Virus record (IMG/VR): IMGVR_UViG_3300037851_000452
Location: 1 to 64,000 of that record
DNA length: 64,000 nucleotides
Direction: 5' to 3' (one strand)
From: a virus
Of the stretch, positions 10,036 to 18,396 are shown piece after piece. The first letter of the stretch is position 1. Each line of letters starts with the position of its first letter. The notes under the pieces are model-generated. The model was given only the letters and a program-made list of their open reading frames with translations. It was not told where the DNA came from and made no database searches. A program made the position numbers and the translations under genes.

Positions 10036-12227
10036 CAGGGGGACTCAGCCTCAACCAGGCAAATCAAGGAGCTATCGAACCTGTTTAGGATTTCCTCTTC
10101 AGTCAGATTCGGAAAAACCTCCCCATCGTAGCCAGAAGAAACCGAGTTTCGCAATAAATACCAGACGCTCGAGGAGGTATGATCGTCGGAAACGCTGCCG
10201 AACTCAATACCAGAAAAAGCCCCTATGGCTAGTGGCAAGGAGACTTGACTTTCCGGAATGTGGATGCTGGTTTTCTTCGAGTTGTCTATCCAAAGGCTTA
10301 GGCCCTTGCCTATCTTTTTCTCCAGACGGTACAGATGAGAGCGGGTCCAATCCACGACGGCGTAGGTACCGTCCACAGAGGGGAGTCCCGCTCGTATAGA
10401 CCACAGATTAGCCTCGTAATCGTCATCCGTGGCAATATACACAATCTTCCCAACAGACGGTCCGCCATCTGCAAATACTAAAGTGCACTGGTAGGTCCCA
10501 TCCTGAACCCGGGCTATTATTCCAGTGTTCTCCCTAACCGGAGATACCTCTCCCCCAAATCCGTAGGATTCGATCTGGCTAAGAAACTCGACCATGAAAC
10601 CGTAGCCAGACGTAAAAGACGGCATGGACTTCTTGAAATAGAGGTGATCCGTAGTGGATAGATCCTCTATTCGCATTCCAGATGTCGAAAGAAGAGAAAC
10701 GGTGCCTCCAGAACCATCCTGGGTCCAGGGAGACGCGGGTAGTGACGTAGACTCCCAATACTCTAGCTGGGTAGAGTACCTAATCCTACCAAGGAACAAA
10801 GAGGCACTAGCTGCGCAAGCAGCTAAGTTGTGGCGTACCCCCAACGACTTCTCTATCTCAGAAGACTGCATGGACGAGTAGGGCGCCGATATAAGATCTC
10901 TCTCGTAGTAGGACCCGTCTGAATTGTCCAAGCTAATGACCCGGACATTAGAAGCGGGGTCGATTAAGATCCTGTAATTACGAAGTGTTTCCCACCCAGT
11001 AACGTACTGAGAATAGTTTGTCTCAGACTTTGGATTGGCCCCGTTTTGTATTCCAATAGCCTGAGACCCCGAACTGTACACGAGACCAAAAACCACCTTC
11101 TTCGTTCCGTCGTCTACAAAGAACTCCATGCCTGAGGAACCACTGTCCTCTTTACTGCGAACGTATCCCGACATCTCCACATCTATCAAGATTGCCTGTC
11201 CAAGGACCTTAGGTTCCCTTCGATAGAACCCAAAACTGTTTTGGCCGTTAGAAACCATCTCCACTGTATTGTTCTGATATACAATCTCGACACCTTCAGA
11301 ACCCGGGATCTTCATCCAGGAGTGCCGGCTCTCCAAAAACGAGCTGGAGGACGTATGCTCTACGGCCTCATCCGATTCTAAGAACCCAGTATGTCCTCCA
11401 ACAAATACGCCATTTATGATAGGCGTGGACACTTCGTTATACAGGTTCGCAGAGTACCACCGACTGATGCTCGTTGTTGCCGGATACCCATGACCGAAGT
11501 ACAGAGAGGGCTCTACGGCTGGGACCTCTTCCTCAGGCAAACTGGGTAGATCACTGATCTTCCCATCTACAAGCAAAGTGTCTGGGACATCTGTGTCTGG
11601 GGAAGAAGACGCGTACAACCGAACTCGGTCTAGCTCCTGATGCCATAGAAGATAGTACGTGTGTACCTTCCCCTGGTCCCAATCGTACGAAGCAACATAC
11701 GACGGACTCGGAGGTGACGTAGTCAAAAAAGCGGCGTCATGAAGTTGAACCACTCCACCAGAATAGAACTTTACAGCTACGCCCTTACCGTCCGCTTTCA
11801 GACCAATGACTACCCCGCAGAATCCTAGACCGTCAAAAGTCACGTCGCTGACGGACATTTTCAAGGATACAGACGCGATAAGGGGGTAACCCCCAGACCA
11901 GGGAGAATAAAGACCTCCCCCCTCGTATACGCCCTTTACGTTACCCACAGACGGTTTTTGTATCTCTAGATATCCAGCTCCAAGAAAACGGGTGGATTCC
12001 TCTTCAGGAAATCCAGACAGGGCTTTGAACAGGAACGGAGACCTAGAATTTTCTTCCGGAAGAACGTCACCACTCCAGTACGTTTTTCCTATCCCCAGAT
12101 GGGTGTTTATCGAAGATCGAATGACGTAGTTGTCCTGGTCCCGTAAACTGAACCTAGACTTCTGCTGTATTTTAGCCAAAGTCCTATGTGCCGGACTTAC
12201 GTTAGTAACAAGGGGAGTTGACACCAA
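10035..12227 (-). CDS. Baseplate-associated beta-sandwich (ConA/lectin-like) structural protein
   Basis: 730-aa beta-rich ORF with repeated DW...H.Y.L motifs. Start may be GTG 12224 behind an AAGGAG SD. Confidence 0.55.
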   Translation of the reverse strand: MVSTPLVTNVSPAHRTLAKIQQKSRFSLRDQDNYVIRSSINTHLGIGKTYWSGDVLPEENSRSPFLFKALSGFPEEESTRFLGAGYLEIQKPSVGNVKGVYEGGGLYSPWSGGYPLIASVSLKMSVSDVTFDGLGFCGVVIGLKADGKGVAVKFYSGGVVQLHDAAFLTTSPPSPSYVASYDWDQGKVHTYYLLWHQELDRVRLYASSSPDTDVPDTLLVDGKISDLPSLPEEEVPAVEPSLYFGHGYPATTSISRWYSANLYNEVSTPIINGVFVGGHTGFLESDEAVEHTSSSSFLESRHSWMKIPGSEGVEIVYQNNTVEMVSNGQNSFGFYRREPKVLGQAILIDVEMSGYVRSKEDSGSSGMEFFVDDGTKKVVFGLVYSSGSQAIGIQNGANPKSETNYSQYVTGWETLRNYRILIDPASNVRVISLDNSDGSYYERDLISAPYSSMQSSEIEKSLGVRHNLAACAASASLFLGRIRYSTQLEYWESTSLPASPWTQDGSGGTVSLLSTSGMRIEDLSTTDHLYFKKSMPSFTSGYGFMVEFLSQIESYGFGGEVSPVRENTGIIARVQDGTYQCTLVFADGGPSVGKIVYIATDDDYEANLWSIRAGLPSVDGTYAVVDWTRSHLYRLEKKIGKGLSLWIDNSKKTSIHIPESQVSLPLAIGAFSGIEFGSVSDDHTSSSVWYLLRNSVSSGYDGEVFPNLTEEEILNRFDSSLICLVEAESP

Positions 12228-12247
12228 AAACTCCTTATCTGTAGTCT
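12218..12247 (+). promoter_or_regulatory. Sigma70-type promoter for antisense Zn-ribbon gene
   Basis: TTGACA (12218-12223), 18 nt spacer, TAGTCT (12242-12247); ATG at 12254. Confidence 0.55.
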
Positions 12248-12253
12248 CGGAGC

Positions 12254-12565
12254 ATGTTTGAGAGCATGAACCAAGACCTTGTCCGACAAATCCTTCAAGG
12301 ACACACAGACATAATTACACCTGAAGCCAAGTCAGAGGAAGCGTGGTTCAAAAGTCTCCACTGCCCGGTTTGTGGAAGAAAAGAATGTAGGAAAAGAGCT
12401 AAAATACCTCGTCCAGGGGAAGGTATAGAGCTAAACGGCGTTCTTTTCAAAGGAGATGCCTACTGTCCAGAATGTGGAACGACGTTTGACCCGTATACCA
12501 GAGTTGTGTCTTCCACCGAGGCCTCTCTTATCCACGGATCAGAGTCAGCCCCTCTCCAACCTTAG
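12254..12565 (+). CDS. Small Zn-ribbon protein
   Basis: CPVCG and CPECG pairs; fills the gap between two minus-strand baseplate genes. Confidence 0.7.
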   Translation: MFESMNQDLVRQILQGHTDIITPEAKSEEAWFKSLHCPVCGRKECRKRAKIPRPGEGIELNGVLFKGDAYCPECGTTFDPYTRVVSSTEASLIHGSESAPLQP

Positions 12566-15500
12566 CAAAGAACGCCGAAATTCTTCCTGTACCGTTGTAA
12601 GGCACCTCGTTCAATCCACCTAAGACGTTTTGGGACCTGTCGGCGACCAGCTTACGAGACAGATCGTGTGTGACGGATACTATCTCTATCGGATGCGTAA
12701 TGGAGTTAGCGCCCCGTCGAATCAAAAACGCCTCTAAGTCCGAAACCTCCAACGGAGTCAACGCACCCAGCCCATTGATATAGTCCTCTAGGTCTGCCCC
12801 AACCTCTTCCGTAGACACTCCTCCCGCGTATTGGAAGGTGGCGAGAATAAAGGAGGGCAGAAAATGCCTAGCCAGCGGGCTGGCGTTTATGGGTCTGTCC
12901 AAATCAGAACGAAGCATGTCGTTAATGACCCGGACAATAGAAGACACCTCGTAATTAACCTGCAAATTCCTACCGCTAATCTCCGTAGTATTCTCCGGCA
13001 GGTCGCTGTTTCCTACAGGAAGGAATCGTCTGTCAAACACCAGAGACACGCCTTCGTATGGAGAAAAAGCCAGATTCTCATTGTCTACCGAGTACGTGTA
13101 CCCATCTACCGAAACTCCGGATACAACGGACATACGAGAGTCGGCCTCCAGATTCCACGAGTCCCCAGAACCGTCAGACTCTACTTCGATCTCTAAATAG
13201 TAGAGGGACCCGTCGAAATTGTCCTGCATCTCCGTAGAGCTGATGCGGTAAACTGACGGCCTCTTTACTACGAAAGGACACCGGTAACTTGGGTCTAGTT
13301 TACCGGAGTGTGTGCCGTCGGATTTGAGAGTAAGCATACGAGTAGACCCGTGGATTCCTCCCCATATCCTATAAGGCATGTCGTCCCCCGTTACGGGGAA
13401 CGGTGTGCTAGAATAGATAGTGGCTGTCCTACCGGACGAGTCAGCGCTAAGAAAATACACACCCCTATTTGGACCTGCTAGAACCTCTAACAAGTCTCCC
13501 CTAGAAGCGCCCATCACGAAAGATGACAACGCATCTTGAAGAGTATTAGTAGCCGTGACGCTACCTCTCCGTACCCCCACCACTTCAGCTCTTTTGGTTG
13601 CTACGGCGTGCACAACGAACTGTTTGGGAACTGCCTTGTAAATTCGGAAAGGCTGCTCAACTACAGAGTCCAAAGATGTACGAACCCATGAGAATTGGCC
13701 TGAAGAAAGAACGTCTGGAAAGACGTATGCGGGGCTCGCAATAGAGGTATCAACCACTGCGGCCTTATCAGCCGTAATGATGTCTGTAATCTCGTAGGTA
13801 CCGTCGATGTCACCCCGCAACGACTCGAACAGCGTTAAGAAGTGGCCTATCTGAGTTCCAAATTGAGTCCAGTCTGTCAGGTCCGTGATCTTTGTGTAAG
13901 GTCCCGACGCAGACATGGTAGCGTCACGAATAGTTCCTGAATCTCCATAATAGCTTTCAGTAGTCGTAGTCATAGAGGCGCTGATACGAAGCGTCTTACT
14001 GTCTATGACTTCCTCAATAATGTATTCTCCTGCATCGGGGCCACTGTCGATGATTAGGGTTTGACCCTCCAAAGGACCGCCATACAAGACGTTGTTCATC
14101 GCCAAAAAGTCTATTTTGGAGTTTGGTGGAACGTGGACTCTATTAGAGCCAGACAAGGTCCTAAGACCAGCAGGCTTTCCGAAAATACCAAGGGTAGAAA
14201 AAGATTGTCCTGAAGAATCCCTAAACTCAAGCTCTTCGTAGATGTCCAGAACGTCGTTCTCGAGAATCTCAAGACCAAAAACGCTGTCCAGAGAGGGGTC
14301 AGTCAGCTCCACAATAGAGTGGTACTGTCCTCCTCCGATAGAGTAGGTCTTAACTGTCTTTAGGTCTCTGGGGTTACTATCCTCTGAACCACGAGCAGGC
14401 AAAATTCGATATCCGCTGACGTCGGAGAACCTCAGGTCTTTAGACTCCGTACCAGTACCATACCGAAGCCTTCCACCAGACAGTCCTGTACGAATCTCAA
14501 CGCTGGTAGGCTCGGTAAAATACAGCCGGGCGTAGCCAGAAGAAGCCAAACCCACAGAGTAGTGGATAGGGGATTCTACGGCCTTGAACTCTGTACCCCC
14601 AGAAGATACGGGCTCTACTCGGATATAGCTGTTGCTGGGAAGTCCCCCGTCTAGCCCAACTGCCTGTATCGTGTAAGAGCCCGAGCTTGGACCATCAAGA
14701 ATGTTAAGACGATGCCCGGGCAAGACCCCCTCTGCCTCGAAATCAGTAACGAGGTCCACCAGATCAACAAGATTAGCCTGAATCGCCCCAGTATAGCTCT
14801 CTACCACTGTGCCTTCGGCTCGATTGGATAGCTTACCGACGATTCTGGCATCGACGGTGTCCCCGTACGGGATAGAGATTCCTGTAGGCTGGGAGTTAGA
14901 GTCCAATAACTCTATGCTCTTTACTCGAACTAAAGGCCTATCAACTCCAGCAAAGGCTTTGTAGACAGAGAATGTTTGAGCAAATGCTGTATTCTGAACC
15001 GACCTGTCTAGAACTACCTGGGTCCCGTAAACAGTAACGACGGAATACGTTCCAGAATTGTCGCCTTCCAAAATCTCTAACGTGTCTCCGGTCTCAACAC
15101 CTGCCAAAAGAAAGTTGGTTGAGGCGGTGGCCGTTACGGTGGTATCTCCGGCTACGGAAGATAGGTCATCTCCGCTAAAGATGGACCCCAAAGGGATCTT
15201 AACCACCTTAGGAGCAACTAGGTCTAGGTTGAGCTCGTCGTCTACCCGATATCGAAGACCTGACCCCAAAAAGATTCCAGAGGTTTCTAATGTCCGGGTC
15301 ATTGCCCGGTCTAGAATGAGGGTGTCGTTGTTATTGAGCCAAGACAGCACCCTTCTGATTGTGTAGATTCCGGCGTCATCTCCTGTTTCTACGACTACGG
15401 AATCCCCCACTGACGCTCCCACGGAGATGAAGTTGACGCCAGACGGTATGGCCAGATCTCCTAGGTTTGGAGAATCCGCAGCTACCGCAAAGGTGCTTCC

Positions 15501-17264
15501 GTCACGATCTCTAACCCGGGACTTGGGACTTACCGACTCTAGAAGACGGTAGGACAGCGTAAAGGCTCCCCCTGTGCTAGTAAGGGTCCCTACTCCACCC
15601 CTTTCGTGATCTACAGAAGTATCCACTCGAATACGTGCGCATCTTGAACCCCCAAAATACTCTTCCCCCAGAAAAGACGATATCTCAAGGGTTCCCCAGT
15701 CCGATCCTAAAAGCTGAATGTATCTTCCAACATCGTCCTCGGATGGGTACCAGGCGGTAGCAGACCCGTCGGCGAGCTTAATGACCACCTCGTTCAAAGT
15801 GGACAAAACGTTGCCCAAACGGTCGTTCGTAGGTACGGCCGCCCCGCTCGTAATCTTTTCAGTGACCTGAACACGATGCTCAGAAACGTCTCCAAAACTT
15901 TCCAGGTCCACCCCAAATCTCAGAGGATTGCCGTCCCTAATTCCCTCTAAAGATATGCTTCGTACGGAAGGGTCTCCCGCTCTAATGAAAACGTCTACCG
16001 CCCCTCCGATATGGACCTCTCCGTCCTTTATCTCCACCTCTCCAGCCATAGTCGTAGGCTGAATGATGCCTCCAGGGATGTCTGAAAGAGTGATACCGCC
16101 AACGGGGGATTTAATCGTACCAACAATATCCGTAGCGCTAAACCCAGGGTCCTCATTCACTCGGATCCGAGTCCCAGTCACTACCTCTTCAACAACCCTC
16201 TGGACATAGGTCCCTGACAAGACATCGGGCAGCTCTACGGTGTCTCCTACAGAAATACCGGCAGACGAGAATGAAGAATAGCCCGACCCATCTACACCCA
16301 GGATAGATACGGCTGGTGGAGTGGATGACACCAAGTCCACGTACAAGGACCCGCTGGTCACATCCGCTCGAAAATAGGCGTACGGGGAAGACTGACTGGA
16401 CCCCTTAATGATGTCCCTCTTCATTTCAGGGTCGCCAAACCCAATGGCTTGAATAAGGCGCACGCTGTCGAAGTCGTCCAACAACCTAGCTCTAATGCCC
16501 CGAAGAGTCACCAAGGACTTCTCCGTGAGGCTATTCTCTATACGCTCGAGATAGTCAGAAGTTTCTTCCTTATCCGCCCCCTCCTCAAACGAACTCTTGT
16601 TAGTGACCTTCACAACCGAAGGGAAGTTCTCGATCCCAACCAGAGTATTAGAGGCGATGTTGTAATCAGATCCCTCGCTCTCGGCCTTTACCACTATATC
16701 AAAAAAGTAAAGGTTGCTCTCCAAATTGAAGAGCATTCTGTCGGCCAAGATGCCCTGCGTCTCGACCGGATAGAACCGCAGCCCGTCCCCTGTAAAAACG
16801 GCGTTGCTGGGCGTGATATAGGCGTACTGGGGCGCCGAGAAGTAAAGACGTGCTATCCCTATAGCGTAGCCCCCCGTACGCCTCCTAACAAAGAAATTGG
16901 CCCCAAGGTTGTCAGCCTCACGCTCATTAAGCGTGTCTGGGTTGGCAAAGGACTGGTTCAATGATATCTGCTGGATTTGCCGCCTAAACGCGGATAGCAA
17001 GACTTGGTTAGGCTTAACGACCAAGTCGTCTAACGGCTCTCCGTCTTGAAGGACTAGGTCTGGGAACTCCGTACGCAACCGACTCAGAATGAAATCTCTG
17101 ATTGGTGTGTTATAGGGGTCAGGACCCAAACGGTCTAAAAGGGGCTGTATGACTGCGGCATCAAACGACGACCCGACTGTGGTGTCGATGCTGGAGTCGT
17201 AAGCTTTAACCCTCTCCTCAATGAATAGGCGAAGGTCGTCCATTTCAGTCAGATCGAGAGCCAT
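12528..17264 (-). CDS. Giant baseplate J/gp6-like wedge protein
   Basis: Baseplate-J-like N-terminus (ADNLGANFFVRRRTGGYAIGIARLYF...VKAESEGSDYNI...VTNKSSFEEGADKEETSDYLERI) with many inserted beta-barrel repeats. Confidence 0.8.
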   Translation of the reverse strand: MALDLTEMDDLRLFIEERVKAYDSSIDTTVGSSFDAAVIQPLLDRLGPDPYNTPIRDFILSRLRTEFPDLVLQDGEPLDDLVVKPNQVLLSAFRRQIQQISLNQSFANPDTLNEREADNLGANFFVRRRTGGYAIGIARLYFSAPQYAYITPSNAVFTGDGLRFYPVETQGILADRMLFNLESNLYFFDIVVKAESEGSDYNIASNTLVGIENFPSVVKVTNKSSFEEGADKEETSDYLERIENSLTEKSLVTLRGIRARLLDDFDSVRLIQAIGFGDPEMKRDIIKGSSQSSPYAYFRADVTSGSLYVDLVSSTPPAVSILGVDGSGYSSFSSAGISVGDTVELPDVLSGTYVQRVVEEVVTGTRIRVNEDPGFSATDIVGTIKSPVGGITLSDIPGGIIQPTTMAGEVEIKDGEVHIGGAVDVFIRAGDPSVRSISLEGIRDGNPLRFGVDLESFGDVSEHRVQVTEKITSGAAVPTNDRLGNVLSTLNEVVIKLADGSATAWYPSEDDVGRYIQLLGSDWGTLEISSFLGEEYFGGSRCARIRVDTSVDHERGGVGTLTSTGGAFTLSYRLLESVSPKSRVRDRDGSTFAVAADSPNLGDLAIPSGVNFISVGASVGDSVVVETGDDAGIYTIRRVLSWLNNNDTLILDRAMTRTLETSGIFLGSGLRYRVDDELNLDLVAPKVVKIPLGSIFSGDDLSSVAGDTTVTATASTNFLLAGVETGDTLEILEGDNSGTYSVVTVYGTQVVLDRSVQNTAFAQTFSVYKAFAGVDRPLVRVKSIELLDSNSQPTGISIPYGDTVDARIVGKLSNRAEGTVVESYTGAIQANLVDLVDLVTDFEAEGVLPGHRLNILDGPSSGSYTIQAVGLDGGLPSNSYIRVEPVSSGGTEFKAVESPIHYSVGLASSGYARLYFTEPTSVEIRTGLSGGRLRYGTGTESKDLRFSDVSGYRILPARGSEDSNPRDLKTVKTYSIGGGQYHSIVELTDPSLDSVFGLEILENDVLDIYEELEFRDSSGQSFSTLGIFGKPAGLRTLSGSNRVHVPPNSKIDFLAMNNVLYGGPLEGQTLIIDSGPDAGEYIIEEVIDSKTLRISASMTTTTESYYGDSGTIRDATMSASGPYTKITDLTDWTQFGTQIGHFLTLFESLRGDIDGTYEITDIITADKAAVVDTSIASPAYVFPDVLSSGQFSWVRTSLDSVVEQPFRIYKAVPKQFVVHAVATKRAEVVGVRRGSVTATNTLQDALSSFVMGASRGDLLEVLAGPNRGVYFLSADSSGRTATIYSSTPFPVTGDDMPYRIWGGIHGSTRMLTLKSDGTHSGKLDPSYRCPFVVKRPSVYRISSTEMQDNFDGSLYYLEIEVESDGSGDSWNLEADSRMSVVSGVSVDGYTYSVDNENLAFSPYEGVSLVFDRRFLPVGNSDLPENTTEISGRNLQVNYEVSSIVRVINDMLRSDLDRPINASPLARHFLPSFILATFQYAGGVSTEEVGADLEDYINGLGALTPLEVSDLEAFLIRRGANSITHPIEIVSVTHDLSRKLVADRSQNVLGGLNEVPYNGTGRISAFFAKVGEGLTLIRG

Positions 17265-17271
17265 ATCAACC

Positions 17272-17928
17272 TCACAGGGCTAAAGAAGCCACAGCATCGC
17301 GCCCAGCCATGCTCGTCACCGAGACCTTTACGCGGGCTTCCATCTCTTTCTCATACACATTCACGTCTACAAGGTCTGCCGTAAGCAATCGCTCATCCAA
17401 AGGAAGATTGCTGTGCATAAGCTGGGCAGAACGTATCTGGCTAGACGTGCTTTGTACTGTCATGGATATAGCGCTAAGAACCTGGTCCATTTTGCGACTG
17501 GTCATTACCTGTCCAACTATTTCCTGAAGGCCGCCCCCGCGCTCTGGATTAAAAATGTCCGAGCCGGGGCTCTGAAGCATCCATTTGGTAAAAAGTTGAA
17601 CGAGCTTAAGGATTCCAGAAACAGTCCTTGTCTTCGACCCAAAAGAGAACGATACCCTAGAAGCAGCCGCCGTCTTGGTAAAGTTACTGCTTACCACCTC
17701 AATAGAAGATATCTGATTACGAGCCCCAGAAGGCAGCTGAGCCAAGATTCGGTTCTTGTTTAATATAATGAACTCGGGACACTTCAGCTCGTTGACGAGT
17801 ACCTTTTCCACACTCAGAAAATCTTCCCCGTAGATATCCAGAGTAGTTTCGTCAAACCCGTTGGCAAAGCTTACGCTAGATACCGGGATGAGGTCTCTGA
17901 ACTTTACGACTTCCAACTGGACCGACAT
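17272..17928 (-). CDS. Baseplate wedge gp25/GPW-like protein with N-terminal IPT-like domain
   Basis: SGILKLVQLFTKWMLQSPGSDIFNPERGGGL...LDERL gp25-type pattern; directly upstream of baseplate J. Confidence 0.7.
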   Translation of the reverse strand: MSVQLEVVKFRDLIPVSSVSFANGFDETTLDIYGEDFLSVEKVLVNELKCPEFIILNKNRILAQLPSGARNQISSIEVVSSNFTKTAAASRVSFSFGSKTRTVSGILKLVQLFTKWMLQSPGSDIFNPERGGGLQEIVGQVMTSRKMDQVLSAISMTVQSTSSQIRSAQLMHSNLPLDERLLTADLVDVNVYEKEMEARVKVSVTSMAGRDAVASLAL

Positions 17929-17954
17929 ACATCCGTCCCCTCTCCCGTTTAGGG

Positions 17955-18395
17955 TTAAGCTGGACCAATCTTATACAGAACAGATACCTCGCTAGTATCT
18001 ACCTCAAGGCTAACCTCAGCCGCCTCCGTGTACTCTTTAGCCCCCGCGACCTGACTAGGTTCCATGGCCTTTACCTGGTCGATAACCGAAACCAGGTCGT
18101 TACTAAGGGCTAAAATCCTGTCCAATTTAGTTGGTCGATATGTATCCGAACCGCCAATGAAGTTTACACGCTTAGAGGGGTCCAAACTAGCCGGCTTCTT
18201 TTTCTTTGGGTCGTACGAATACGGGGTGTACTGGCTAGCGTTGGACCGGGAGCTCTCCCCATTACGTTTAATTTGGTCTCCCATCAGCTCTTCCATCGTT
18301 ACCGTAGCAAACGCGGAGTTGGCTTCCATACTCCGAACAAAGGAGTACGAATCCGCCAACACATCTCGTATCTTTCTAATAGTCTCTTCAGCCAT
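17955..18395 (-). CDS. Hypothetical protein (baseplate cluster)
   Basis: Co-oriented 146-aa ORF tightly packed in the operon. Confidence 0.6.
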   Translation of the reverse strand: MAEETIRKIRDVLADSYSFVRSMEANSAFATVTMEELMGDQIKRNGESSRSNASQYTPYSYDPKKKKPASLDPSKRVNFIGGSDTYRPTKLDRILALSNDLVSVIDQVKAMEPSQVAGAKEYTEAAEVSLEVDTSEVSVLYKIGPA

Positions 18396-18396
18396 A

